A stretch of 64,000 nucleotides of DNA from a virus (Duplodnaviria; Caudoviricetes), in the IMG/VR virus record IMGVR_UViG_3300042154_002208, one strand, 5' to 3'. The notes below the pieces were generated by a model. The model was not told where the DNA came from. It ran no database searches and saw only the letters and a program-made list of their open reading frames with translations. Positions 1 to 8,823 of the stretch are shown piece by piece. A program made the translations under genes and the position numbers. Each line of letters starts with the position of its first letter. Position 1 is the first letter of the stretch.

Positions 1-13
1 AAAGGTCTATATT

Positions 14-274
14 ATGAGAATGTTAACTGAAGCTGAAAGCAATCTGATCAACAACACAGAATACACTGTAGATTGGTCTGATCAAATTGATACTGACGAC
101 ACTTTGTCTGGAGCACAATGGGACTATGAGCGCGAACTCGAGCATCGCTTTGAAGTACTCGTTGCTGGCAAGTGGGATTCTCGAGATGATTTGGGTGGTC
201 TCACAGTATTCTTCAAAGAGAATAAACTCGTGGCATTTTATGACTACGAACAGTATGCTGGCACTGTATTTTAA
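14..274 (+). CDS. hypothetical acidic early protein
   Basis: 86-aa ORF preceded by AAAGG; no recognisable motif. Confidence 0.6.
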   Translation: MRMLTEAESNLINNTEYTVDWSDQIDTDDTLSGAQWDYERELEHRFEVLVAGKWDSRDDLGGLTVFFKENKLVAFYDYEQYAGTVF

Positions 275-298
275 TGTTTGCTGGCGCTAGAAAGTGAG

Positions 299-347
299 AA
301 AACGGCGTTATAAGTCTATGAAAACATTAGCTTTTTTACGCCGTTTT
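299..347. repeat. 10-bp inverted repeat (possible hairpin or terminator)
   Basis: AAAACGGCGT (299-308) and ACGCCGTTTT (338-347), directly after the ORF stop. Confidence 0.5.
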
Positions 348-421
348 TCTAAAAACATGCTAAAAGATGCCGTCCGTAGGGGTAAATACCCTATTCCCGC
401 GTATGGTCTTTGATAAAATGC

Positions 422-450
422 TTGACAGGTTGTCCAAATTGTGCTATAAT
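422..450 (+). promoter_or_regulatory. sigma70-type early promoter
   Basis: TTGACA-17bp-TATAAT with TGn extension. Confidence 0.85.
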
Positions 451-486
451 AGAGTCATATTAAGAAACAAACAACAGGAGTAGATT

Positions 487-720
487 ATGACCGATTCAGC
501 AGCCCCAATGATCCCAGATCACATTACCGTAGCAGACATGATTGCGGCATTGTCGGCATTGCCCGCAGACGCTCGCTTGGTTGTGACCCACTCCGGATAC
601 TACTGTTACGACGACTTCGCAGACATCTTCACCCCACGGCCTGTAGATTCCAATGGATCCACCTGTGCAGACGGTGACGCTATAGCGTACGCTATTGGTC
701 ACTCTCATCAGTCCTATTAA
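487..720 (+). CDS. hypothetical early protein
   Basis: 77-aa ORF, SD CAGGAG, directly downstream of the promoter. Confidence 0.75.
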   Translation: MTDSAAPMIPDHITVADMIAALSALPADARLVVTHSGYYCYDDFADIFTPRPVDSNGSTCADGDAIAYAIGHSHQSY

Positions 721-729
721 CCACACGGG

Positions 730-758
730 TTGACAGGGTATTCAAACGGTGTTATAAT
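730..758 (+). promoter_or_regulatory. sigma70-type early promoter
   Basis: TTGACA-17bp-TATAAT with TGT extension. Confidence 0.85.
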
Positions 759-782
759 AAAGACATGAACAAAGGAACACAG

Positions 783-878
783 ATGATTAAAGAGCTAGCG
801 ATAGAAGTATCCCAAGCAGCGCTGTTCGTAGCAGTTGCATTCGGTCCGTTTTTCTACTACATTTTGACAAAGGTTTAA
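783..878 (+). CDS. small membrane peptide (31 aa, MIKELAIEVSQAALFVAVAFGPFFYYILTKV); not in ORF track
   Basis: SD AAGGA, hydrophobic C-terminal half, fills the gap between the promoter and the next ORF; alternative in-frame ATG at 765. Confidence 0.55.
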   Translation: MIKELAIEVSQAALFVAVAFGPFFYYILTKV

Positions 879-879
879 G

Positions 880-1176
880 ATGACTATCAATTACAAAGCA
901 ATGGGTGAGATGATTACAAGCAACGAAAAATACAAGCGTGAGATCGCAATGTACGGTATGACCACAGACCAGATTAAAGTGGAGTACATGGCCATCGGTC
1001 GAATGACAGGCCTAGAGATGGTCGTTGCTGGCATTCTGTCAGATGTGCAAGAACTTACTGCGTACCAGCATGCGGCGGATATAAACAGCAAGGCTACAAA
1101 GGAACTTATTCGCCAGCAGTTAAACATCGCGAAATTTGTGTTATTTGAAATGATGGATCAAAAGGAAACAGCATGA
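880..1176 (+). CDS. hypothetical protein
   Basis: 98-aa ORF, ATGA overlap with the next gene. Confidence 0.7.
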   Translation: MTINYKAMGEMITSNEKYKREIAMYGMTTDQIKVEYMAIGRMTGLEMVVAGILSDVQELTAYQHAADINSKATKELIRQQLNIAKFVLFEMMDQKETA

Positions 1177-1358
1177 GCAATATGAAGAATCTATATCTAG
1201 AACTCGTAGAGTGCGTAGCAATGGGACTTAGCAACGAATCGATCGCTAAGATTACAGGTCTTCCCAAAGAGGCCGTAGCGGTTCTAGCTCACGATATCGA
1301 GACAGAACAGATGGCGAACGATCTAGCCGAAGCGTACGGCGAATACTACGGCGCCTGA
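1173..1358 (+). CDS. hypothetical protein
   Basis: 61-aa ORF, SD AAGGA. Confidence 0.7.
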   Translation: MSNMKNLYLELVECVAMGLSNESIAKITGLPKEAVAVLAHDIETEQMANDLAEAYGEYYGA

Positions 1359-1362
1359 GAAC

Positions 1363-1493
1363 AGGGGTACCCTAAATTATAGATAGGGGTACCCGTTGCT
1401 AGATCAGGGGTTAAACAACCGCCACCTTATATTCGTGTTTACTCTATTCTCAAAATTCTCTCTCTAAAAAAATTTCCCAGAAAAAATTTGCCC
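1363..1493. repeat. non-coding repeat cluster (AGGGGTACCC x2 plus AGGGG; A6-7TTT(C/G)CC x2)
   Basis: AGGGGTACCC at 1363 and 1385, AGGGG at 1406; AAAAAAATTTCCC at 1466 and AAAAAATTTGCCC at 1481. Confidence 0.6.
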
Positions 1494-1520
1494 CAAAAAC
1501 TCCGTCTAAAAAACACTGCT

Positions 1521-1934
1521 ATGAAGACATTCGTTCAATCCCCTCTTAACTCCGCATTTGGTCCTGCACCCACATTACCCTCTATCAGACAAACACCCAC
1601 CGCTAGCTGGCCCTCAGTAGATGCTGATGCCAAACCCGCTGTACGTCACCCAATTTTTAGAGCACCCCAACTCAACAAAGTCTACTTCACTAGAAAGATT
1701 CTCAAAGAGACCGTAAAACGCTATAACGCTAATACGTTACGGAATGAGATTGCCGAGGTATGGGAGATTCCTTTCTCTGTAGATGTAAATGAGCCTGTTA
1801 CTGAACTTACACAAAGAATACAAGCTGTAATGACTGCTAAGAAGATATACAAACATTGGGATATCAATTTCAATACTTTTTTAATTATTGCTTCACAAGT
1901 AACTGATACTGATGAATGGTCTACAAAGTACTAA
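1521..1934 (+). CDS. hypothetical protein
   Basis: ORF track starts at a TTG (1488); the first in-frame ATG is 1521; start uncertain. Confidence 0.55.
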   Translation: MKTFVQSPLNSAFGPAPTLPSIRQTPTASWPSVDADAKPAVRHPIFRAPQLNKVYFTRKILKETVKRYNANTLRNEIAEVWEIPFSVDVNEPVTELTQRIQAVMTAKKIYKHWDINFNTFLIIASQVTDTDEWSTKY

Positions 1935-1935
1935 T

Positions 1936-2163
1936 ATGAAATTTAACGACGTCATTCAATGGCTGGGTGCAGTTGCTATTATAATAGGACACGTTGCCAA
2001 TGCTATTGGACCTGATGCTTATCCCTGGAATATTGTTGCTTTTACACTAGGTACCGCTATGTTTCTAACATGGGCTATACGTGCGAGAAACAATCCGCAG
2101 ATGGTGGTAAATATTGTAGCAATCGTTACTTGTTTAATTGGTTTAGTTAATGCATGGAGATGA
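1936..2163 (+). CDS. small multi-TM membrane protein
   Basis: About three hydrophobic segments; ATG 1936 directly follows the upstream stop. Confidence 0.65.
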   Translation: MKFNDVIQWLGAVAIIIGHVANAIGPDAYPWNIVAFTLGTAMFLTWAIRARNNPQMVVNIVAIVTCLIGLVNAWR

Positions 2164-2164
2164 T

Positions 2165-2392
2165 ATGAAAAATTATGAACCAGACGATGGCGCTTTAACT
2201 CGCGATCAGATCGAACAAATCCGTGATCGAGTGCGACAACAGGATGAGATTGAATTGGTAGACTTTATTAGACTGGCCGTTCTAGAGGAACGCGAGGCGT
2301 GTGCAAAGTTATGTGATGACTTGGATAAGATGCGCGGATATTCTTATGCCGACAAATGCGCCGCCGCCATCAGAGCAAGAGGAAATAAATGA
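2165..2392 (+). CDS. hypothetical protein (EEREACAKLCD...AAAIRARG motif)
   Basis: SD GGAG; motif I recall as common in proteobacterial phage hypothetical proteins. Confidence 0.65.
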   Translation: MKNYEPDDGALTRDQIEQIRDRVRQQDEIELVDFIRLAVLEEREACAKLCDDLDKMRGYSYADKCAAAIRARGNK

Positions 2393-2676
2393 ACGAAGAT
2401 GATGTAAAACGAGAGGTTGAGTTTATGCTCAACAATCGTAAACAACAAAAACAATGGATGGAGAAAGAATTCGGGCAATGGGTATACTTTGATACTGCGG
2501 ATGGTAAGATTATTGGAGCAGTCTATACTGTCGGTACTAAAACAGGTATCTGGGGTGGTCGTGTATACTTGGAGAACAATATGGAAAAAACGCTTGGTCA
2601 GTTTATTGATTCCGATTGGGCCCGTAAGGGTGTAGAGCGATACTGGGAAATTGATGGACGTACTCTACTGGAGTAA
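2389..2676 (+). CDS. hypothetical protein
   Basis: 95-aa ORF, SD GAGG, ATGA overlap. Confidence 0.7.
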   Translation: MNEDDVKREVEFMLNNRKQQKQWMEKEFGQWVYFDTADGKIIGAVYTVGTKTGIWGGRVYLENNMEKTLGQFIDSDWARKGVERYWEIDGRTLLE

Positions 2677-2679
2677 TTG

Positions 2680-2931
2680 ATGAACGATTTAAAATTTACT
2701 ACCGCAGGAAATTATATGGATACTAAATTTGAAGACCTGATGTATCGGTCGGGTCTAACTGCCTCTGGTTGTTGGGATCAGCTAGACGAGTATGATCGTA
2801 AAGCTATTGAGAAATTTGGTGAGTTAATCGTTAGAGAATGTGTCGAGGTTGCTATAGATAATGGATGCGGAGATTTTGTAGATATCGAGCAATTACTATT
2901 AGAACATTTCGAAGTTAGCCGTGATATTTGA
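2680..2931 (+). CDS. hypothetical protein (EKFxELI family)
   Basis: SD GGAG; shares EKF(G/A)ELI with 3055-3261. Confidence 0.65.
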   Translation: MNDLKFTTAGNYMDTKFEDLMYRSGLTASGCWDQLDEYDRKAIEKFGELIVRECVEVAIDNGCGDFVDIEQLLLEHFEVSRDI

Positions 2932-3058
2932 CCTTATTATAAAACTATTGGGAACTGCGTTTATGACAGCAGTGTTATCCTTTTGGGGATTGATACTGAT
3001 TGTTATTGTATATTGGATTATATACTGGATAATTAAACTTTGGAGTTACTTATTATGA
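2921..3058 (+). CDS. small hydrophobic membrane protein (45 aa, GTG start); not in ORF track
   Basis: Translates to MIFDLIIKLLGTAFMTAVLSFWGLILIVIVYWIIYWIIKLWSYLL; its TGA overlaps the ATG at 3055. Confidence 0.5.
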   Translation: MIFDLIIKLLGTAFMTAVLSFWGLILIVIVYWIIYWIIKLWSYLL

Positions 3059-3261
3059 ATGAAAAAATTAAAAATTACGCAAAGCAATCGGGGCTTGATG
3101 TATATGGTCTTGGCACAGACTATGCTAAATGGAACGATGTGCTGGAAAAATTTGCCGAGTTGATTATTGATGATGTATGTGACGATATGATGTCTCTCGA
3201 ACCTATGTATCCCGCGAACATCGTTGCTTTGAAGATTCGACAAAAGTACGGAGTAAAATAA
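3055..3261 (+). CDS. hypothetical protein (EKFxELI family)
   Basis: SD GGAG upstream of ATG 3055. Confidence 0.65.
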   Translation: MNEKIKNYAKQSGLDVYGLGTDYAKWNDVLEKFAELIIDDVCDDMMSLEPMYPANIVALKIRQKYGVK

Positions 3262-3557
3262 TGAACAACTATCTGATACGCTTTAATACGAAACACAACG
3301 GCTCAAAATTAGTATGGCGAGTGTTTGAAAACGGCACAGAGAATCTGGTCGAGAATATCGACATACGTGTTCCGGTCTTTACCGAAACTTCTCGGGAAGC
3401 GGGTGAAACCAAATGGAATATCTCTTGTTCTGGCGAAATGCGGATTGTCGATGATGTAGCTTATATTAGAGACAGTTTTGTTGAGGATCGGAATCTCGGG
3501 GCTCTAGATCTAGATCTAGATCAATATGATGATCCTGCTTGGCATGGTAAGCAGTAG
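3261..3557 (+). CDS. hypothetical protein
   Basis: 98-aa ORF, SD GGAG. Confidence 0.65.
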   Translation: MNNYLIRFNTKHNGSKLVWRVFENGTENLVENIDIRVPVFTETSREAGETKWNISCSGEMRIVDDVAYIRDSFVEDRNLGALDLDLDQYDDPAWHGKQ

Positions 3558-3596
3558 GATTTCGGCCGTTGAAAAAACCGGGAAATAGGGGAACTT

Positions 3597-3761
3597 ATGA
3601 GTATCTTTAGACATATGTATTATGCGATTCGATATGGTAAATGGGAATGGGGATTTGACAACCATTCTGATAGATATCGTTTTGGCTTTAAACATAGTTA
3701 TTACGACGGTGACTGGGTTACGATCTGGTTTTTTAAATTTTATATTGCGGTAAACTACTAA
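3597..3761 (+). CDS. small aromatic-rich protein (54 aa); not in ORF track
   Basis: SD AGGGGA; MSIFRHMYYAIRYGKWEWGF...; stop overlaps the next ATG. Confidence 0.55.
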   Translation: MSIFRHMYYAIRYGKWEWGFDNHSDRYRFGFKHSYYDGDWVTIWFFKFYIAVNY

Positions 3762-4072
3762 TGAATATCTCACTTGATTACGATGACACTTATACCAGAG
3801 ACCGATATCTTTGGAACGGATTTATTAAACTTGCCAAAGCCTCTGGGCACAATGTATATTGTGTCACGATGCGATCCAATGCAGAGGGTGACGAAGTACG
3901 AAATCAATTGGGACCCATGGTTGATGGTATTATCTTTACTGCTCGCAAGGCCAAAAAAGAAGCATGCTATAAATTGGGAATACATATAGATGTGTGGATT
4001 GATGACATGCCCCTATTTGTCATTAAGGATGCACCGCCAGACCCATACTACGATGCCTCATTGGGAGATTGA
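3761..4072 (+). CDS. HAD-superfamily phosphatase-like protein
   Basis: N-terminal SLDYDDT (DxD motif I), T/S motif II, K motif III and WIDD motif IV. Confidence 0.75.
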   Translation: MNISLDYDDTYTRDRYLWNGFIKLAKASGHNVYCVTMRSNAEGDEVRNQLGPMVDGIIFTARKAKKEACYKLGIHIDVWIDDMPLFVIKDAPPDPYYDASLGD

Positions 4073-4100
4073 TATATAACACATACTATGGAGATTCAAT

Positions 4101-4352
4101 ATGTCAAAAGAAGAAGATCGTTTTAAACATTCTAAACGAATTTACCAAAAAGAGACCAAAATACATAAGCAAGAAGTTATTGCTAAAACATTTGGAATCC
4201 CTGTTAAAGAACCGCATAAATTTAATAAACACCATGCCATGGCTTGCGGAAATCCAAATTGTGTAATGTGCGCAAATCCCAGAAAAACATTTGGTGAGCT
4301 AACATACCAAGAACAAAAATTATATCAACATGACAAGGAAATTGAATTATGA
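4101..4352 (+). CDS. hypothetical protein with CGNPNCVMC Cys cluster
   Basis: SD GGAG; H...CxxxxCxxC possible Zn site. Confidence 0.65.
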   Translation: MSKEEDRFKHSKRIYQKETKIHKQEVIAKTFGIPVKEPHKFNKHHAMACGNPNCVMCANPRKTFGELTYQEQKLYQHDKEIEL

Positions 4353-4558
4353 GTACAACCTATGATATTGAAAAATACGGTCACGAAATGACGTCTCCGT
4401 ATAATGATGGATACACTGCTTTCCATTACAAACAACAAATCATGCAAACTTTATGGGAATGTCAATATTGGTTGTCCAAATCTCCCACATTTGCCGGTGA
4501 AGATGAGTGGATTGCCGAAAATAAACCAAAAAAATTGGATAACCTCAGTACAATTTAA
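4349..4558 (+). CDS. hypothetical protein
   Basis: 69-aa ORF, ATGA overlap. Confidence 0.65.
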   Translation: MSTTYDIEKYGHEMTSPYNDGYTAFHYKQQIMQTLWECQYWLSKSPTFAGEDEWIAENKPKKLDNLSTI

Positions 4559-4565
4559 ATAAAAA

Positions 4566-4576
4566 GATGTTATAAT
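4566..4576 (+). promoter_or_regulatory. extended -10 promoter
   Basis: GATGTTATAAT, identical to the core of the other early promoters; -35 weak. Confidence 0.55.
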
Positions 4577-4582
4577 AGTAAC

Positions 4583-4762
4583 ATGGAAGATAAACAATCT
4601 ATAAAAGAATTGTTAGAAGAAATCCATTTCGCACTCACTAAAGATAGAATTTTAGTACGTAAGAAATGGGTATGCAGACTACTAAGTCCCGATAACTATA
4701 ACCACCTAATTCCTAAATTGGAAAAAGCAATCGAACAACTTGAGAAAGAAAGTAAAAAATGA
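4583..4762 (+). CDS. hypothetical protein (59 aa), possibly leaderless; not in ORF track
   Basis: ATG 6 nt after TATAAT; MEDKQSIKELLEEIHF...; TGA overlaps ATG 4759. Confidence 0.6.
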   Translation: MEDKQSIKELLEEIHFALTKDRILVRKKWVCRLLSPDNYNHLIPKLEKAIEQLEKESKK

Positions 4763-5226
4763 TGGAAGAAGACGACGAGCAATATACAGACTTTGATATT
4801 AATTACGACAATGTGATTGCCAGCAAAGAATGTTTATCTATGACACGTATTCTTGCTGCAGATTTGAAAGCCAACCCATATATGACGGTTGGGGATTTTC
4901 TAATGAATATTTCCAAAAGTGATTTGGCAATTCTTAGTGATATCGTTGAACAACATATGGGGTTTGACGAAGACGATGAAGTGACCGACGAGCGAATGGC
5001 AGACTTTGTTCTTATGACAGAAATGCTTTCTCGTGCAGAAGGTTTAATATCTGAAGATGACGATGACCTAACACGAAAAATTAGTCAATTCATGATAATG
5101 GTTACAATGGAGAACCTTTATCGAAAAGGACTGATTAAGTTGTACCATGAAAATATGTCATTTGGTAAAGATGTAGAACATAGAATTGTTGCAGAAAAAA
5201 TTAAAGGTGCGGGGGATGAGGATTAA
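4759..5226 (+). CDS. hypothetical acidic protein
   Basis: 155-aa ORF. Confidence 0.7.
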   Translation: MMEEDDEQYTDFDINYDNVIASKECLSMTRILAADLKANPYMTVGDFLMNISKSDLAILSDIVEQHMGFDEDDEVTDERMADFVLMTEMLSRAEGLISEDDDDLTRKISQFMIMVTMENLYRKGLIKLYHENMSFGKDVEHRIVAEKIKGAGDED

Positions 5227-6046
5227 TATAGCGTCTGATATTCATTTAGAATTCGGACCAATTGAAATTAAAAATACAGAGAGGGCAGATGTCCTTATTC
5301 TGTCTGGTGATATTTGTGTTGCGATTGATGTAATGCATAAAGATGATTTAGATAACAAGTCTAGAAAGATTCACGATTTCTTTGAAATGTGTTCTAAAGA
5401 ATATAAAAATGTAATTTATATTGTTGGTAATCATGAACATTATAATGGCGACTTTCAACAAACAATTCCTCATCTAAAAAGATCCTTTGAGTATTTGGAT
5501 AATCTACATATTCTCGATAAAGAAATTGTTACTATCGAAGATGTTACATTTATCGGCGGAACCTTGTGGACTGATATGAATAAAGAAGATCCATCAACCC
5601 TAATTAGTATTAGTGGTATGATGAATGACTTTATAAAAGTGTCTAATGGTAAATTAGATAATAATTCTAATAAACCATATTATCGTATTAGCAGATTAAA
5701 ACCTGACGATGTAGTAGTTGACCATAAAGAACTGTTGGAATATATTCGAACAATCGTTAAAGGTAAATCCGATCAAAAGTTTGTAGTTGTTGGTCATCAT
5801 GCACCAAGCAAGTTATCTACAAAACCAAGATATCAAGATGATTATCTTATGAATGGTGCATATTCATCTGATCTATCAGAATTCATTTTAGATCATCCGC
5901 AAATTAAAATGTGGACACACGGACACACGCATGATACTTTCGATTATCTTGTGGGTAGTACTAGAGTAGTTTGTAATCCGAGGGGATATGTTAATTATGA
6001 GCAAAGAGCTGATGATTTTGATCCCAATATTATTTTTGAAGTTTAA
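5216..6046 (+). CDS. calcineurin-like metallophosphoesterase
   Basis: SDIH, GD, GNHE, GHH and HGHTH motifs. Confidence 0.9.
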   Translation: MRINIASDIHLEFGPIEIKNTERADVLILSGDICVAIDVMHKDDLDNKSRKIHDFFEMCSKEYKNVIYIVGNHEHYNGDFQQTIPHLKRSFEYLDNLHILDKEIVTIEDVTFIGGTLWTDMNKEDPSTLISISGMMNDFIKVSNGKLDNNSNKPYYRISRLKPDDVVVDHKELLEYIRTIVKGKSDQKFVVVGHHAPSKLSTKPRYQDDYLMNGAYSSDLSEFILDHPQIKMWTHGHTHDTFDYLVGSTRVVCNPRGYVNYEQRADDFDPNIIFEV

Positions 6047-6058
6047 GGAGTTTATATT

Positions 6059-6334
6059 ATGAGTAAAGTTGAGCAATATTCGCGTCCATGGGTAACATTT
6101 AATCCAACCGATAAAACACACCGTGAAATTTTCCATACAGCATTAAAACATAATACGTGGGGAAAATCCCCTGTTCGGTTTTGGCTAGAAGGAGAAACAT
6201 CTAGTTTAATGGATCAATGTACTCAAAAAATGGCCAGATATTATATGGAACAAGAATTTGGTAGAATCAAAGATAAAACGATTGCAGATGAAATTAATGT
6301 TATTAATCAATATCGATATGTTTCTACAGCATAA
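6059..6334 (+). CDS. hypothetical protein
   Basis: SD AAGGAG. Confidence 0.7.
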   Translation: MSKVEQYSRPWVTFNPTDKTHREIFHTALKHNTWGKSPVRFWLEGETSSLMDQCTQKMARYYMEQEFGRIKDKTIADEINVINQYRYVSTA

Positions 6335-6345
6335 TACCCTTACGG

Positions 6346-6374
6346 TTGACAGGGTTACTAAAAGATGTTATAAT
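6346..6374 (+). promoter_or_regulatory. sigma70-type early promoter
   Basis: TTGACA-17bp-TATAAT, TGT extension. Confidence 0.85.
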
Positions 6375-6394
6375 ATAGCATGAAAAGGAAAAAT

Positions 6395-6700
6395 ATGACA
6401 GATACCGAAAAATACACAGGAGCATGGTACGCCTCTGCTTCAGACCAAGAACGCGATATATTTAAAAGTTGGATCAAGAGTCATCTTGCAATGGGTGAAA
6501 TGAAAATTAAATTTACCAAAAAAGATAACACGATTCGAGATATGCGTTGCACTCTCGGTGCAGGATATTTGCCTGTAACTGAAGAAAAAGAAATTAAACG
6601 AAAAGAAAACACAGAAGTACTTGCAGTGTGGGATATGGATAAAGGTGCATGGCGTGCTATTCGATATGAAACAATCAAAGAAATCCGCTTCGACATTTAA
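6395..6700 (+). CDS. WYL-like/SH3-fold (DUF2693-like) protein
   Basis: FTKKDNTIRDMRCTL...VWDMDKGAWRAIR pattern; SD AAGGA favours ATG 6395 (in-frame ATG also at 6380). Confidence 0.7.
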   Translation: MTDTEKYTGAWYASASDQERDIFKSWIKSHLAMGEMKIKFTKKDNTIRDMRCTLGAGYLPVTEEKEIKRKENTEVLAVWDMDKGAWRAIRYETIKEIRFDI

Positions 6701-6802
6701 GCCAACAAAATTGATTGAAAATAAACGCAAGTTTATTCCTGATCCGTTACTAAATAAACGTGATCTTAGAGAATTTAAAAAATTAGTAATTAAGGAAAAA
6801 TA

Positions 6803-7891
6803 ATGGCACGTGTATCACTTGACGCTGAACCTAGCATTGCTGTACTATCTCCAGAAGAAAATACTTATAATGTTCAATTGATGAGAATCATGAACTGGTA
6901 TTCTGCTGAGAAAGCAAAAGCTGACGCTCGCAAGTATATGCGAGAATATGTCAAAGCTAAAATGCCAAGTGAGTTGAACACATTTGACCAGGTTAAAGAT
7001 GTAAACATTGTAAATACATATGGTTGGATTTCTCGTATTATTATGCGCAATGGTAAAATATCAGATAAGCATGTGACAAAACTTACAGGTTATCTAAAAG
7101 ATACTTTGGCTTCTACGGTTTATATTCCAGAACCAGTACAACAAAAGGTTGTTGTATCTGCACCCAAGCCTTCAATCCAAGATGCAATGAAAGAAAAGAT
7201 TTCAGAATACTTGGGTGAATTAGAAGGATCGTTTGATTCTGTAGTTAAGAATAAAGAAGACTTTTCGTTGTATAAAAATATGCAAGCGAATCAAATTCCA
7301 AAACCTTATGTTGCTGATATTCAAGAATGGTCCAAGCGTAAACTTCGCGAATATATTCAAGTATATGAAGGCAAGGATTCTCAGATTGTAGAAGGTTATT
7401 CTAATATTACAAAACGAGACGTAAAAAGTATTGTAAAAATGCTTGCACAATTTATTGAAGATTGTGATAAATATTCAGAGTTCAAGAAAGCAAATCGTAA
7501 ACCCCGAGCAGTTAAGGCAAAGCCTGCGAGTGTTCAAGTTAAGAATCTCAAGTATAAAAAAGAAGATACGGAGATAGGCATTACATCTGTGGATCCTGCA
7601 GAGATTATTGGCGCGCAACAAGTATGGGTGTTTAACAGTAAAACTCGTAAGTTGGCTCTGTATAAAACAGACTCGGCTATGGGTATTATTGTTAAAGGTT
7701 CTAGCTTTCAGAACTACGATCCAGAAATGGGTTGCCAAAAGACTTTGCGTAAACCTGCAGATCAACTTAAAGATTTGATGGGTGCTACAAAGGTACAATT
7801 AAGAAAGTATATGGATAGTGTAAATTCTAAAGCATCGCCTGCAAATGGCAGAATGAATGCTGATACATTAATCCTTCGAGTTATTAAATAA
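6803..7891 (+). CDS. conserved T4-like phage hypothetical protein
   Basis: 362-aa ORF, SD AAGGA; C-terminal WVFNSKTRKL...KTLRKP region I recall from T4-like phages. Confidence 0.75.
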   Translation: MARVSLDAEPSIAVLSPEENTYNVQLMRIMNWYSAEKAKADARKYMREYVKAKMPSELNTFDQVKDVNIVNTYGWISRIIMRNGKISDKHVTKLTGYLKDTLASTVYIPEPVQQKVVVSAPKPSIQDAMKEKISEYLGELEGSFDSVVKNKEDFSLYKNMQANQIPKPYVADIQEWSKRKLREYIQVYEGKDSQIVEGYSNITKRDVKSIVKMLAQFIEDCDKYSEFKKANRKPRAVKAKPASVQVKNLKYKKEDTEIGITSVDPAEIIGAQQVWVFNSKTRKLALYKTDSAMGIIVKGSSFQNYDPEMGCQKTLRKPADQLKDLMGATKVQLRKYMDSVNSKASPANGRMNADTLILRVIK

Positions 7892-7899
7892 GGTTTCAA

Positions 7900-8808
7900 A
7901 TGGCGTTAAAAATATCATATTGCCAATTAATTAAGATTGTTCTTGCACAGATTGGCGGTAGTCCATTACAACAGGTTTATACCCAATTATCACAGGGCAT
8001 GAAGCAAATATCTACACGAGGAATTATTCCTTCGGAGATTGCACAAATCAAAGCATTTATTGATCAGGTAACTACCACACTAAATGGAATATCGGGTGAC
8101 GTAAATGCCATGCAACAAATGGCTAATCAGTTTTTCTACAATCCAGTAGGAACGGTTACTACAGAAACTATAACACAGATTAATTTGCGGCTTGCTCAAA
8201 TTACACAAGATCTCGGTGCCGGCCCGGTAGTTATATCTGGTAATGAGACTGAATATGCATATTTAAATAGTTTAAAAACTGAAATGACAAATTTTAAAAC
8301 TCATAGTGATAGATTGTCAGGCCAAGCTGATCCCGAAGATGGTAAACCATTTGGTGGGTGTACGCTTGCAGATTTGTTGGGAGATGGATGTAGTCCGGCA
8401 GGTGATGTACCAGATGTTGACCTTCAAGTTCTTGTAGATGGATTTAAATCTGGCGCTATTATTACCGGTGCAAAGAATGCACTGACTCAAGCAGTACTTG
8501 CTAATACTGGGGGTGCAGCATTAATTAGTGCGCTTGGAAATTTACAATCAACAGTTAATACTTTCAATACTACGGTGACTACCAAGATTAATAAACTTGC
8601 AATTAAACGAGCGGTCGAATCTTACGTAAATTATGTTGTTTTTAACTTATTAACAGGATGTAGCAACACGTTATTAAATGCAACACTAATACCTTCAGTA
8701 AAAGAAGCTATAACCCCGTATGCTCAATATATACAGAAACAACAACTTGATGCGGCTTTGGATGGCGCAACCGGTCAACCGTTTACAAATACTACACTCG
8801 CAACCTAA
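7900..8808 (+). CDS. hypothetical protein (Gln/Thr/Asn-rich, helical)
   Basis: 302-aa ORF, SD AAGG. Confidence 0.7.
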   Translation: MALKISYCQLIKIVLAQIGGSPLQQVYTQLSQGMKQISTRGIIPSEIAQIKAFIDQVTTTLNGISGDVNAMQQMANQFFYNPVGTVTTETITQINLRLAQITQDLGAGPVVISGNETEYAYLNSLKTEMTNFKTHSDRLSGQADPEDGKPFGGCTLADLLGDGCSPAGDVPDVDLQVLVDGFKSGAIITGAKNALTQAVLANTGGAALISALGNLQSTVNTFNTTVTTKINKLAIKRAVESYVNYVVFNLLTGCSNTLLNATLIPSVKEAITPYAQYIQKQQLDAALDGATGQPFTNTTLAT

Positions 8809-8823
8809 ACAGAAAGATATATT

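Noticed and set aside
3501-3521. CTAGAT x3 microsatellite (palindromic)
   Set aside because: Short in-frame slippage repeat encoding DLDLD; no further structure.
6621-6803. 60-aa ORF between the WYL-like gene and ORF 6803
   Set aside because: It overlaps the upstream gene substantially and has no convincing start; a shorter peptide may exist but cannot be supported.
7883-7890. ATTAAATA (also TTTAAATA at 18646) as variant late promoters
   Set aside because: Both are simply AAA-TAA gene ends in AT-rich DNA, with two or one mismatches to the consensus; not distinguishable from chance.
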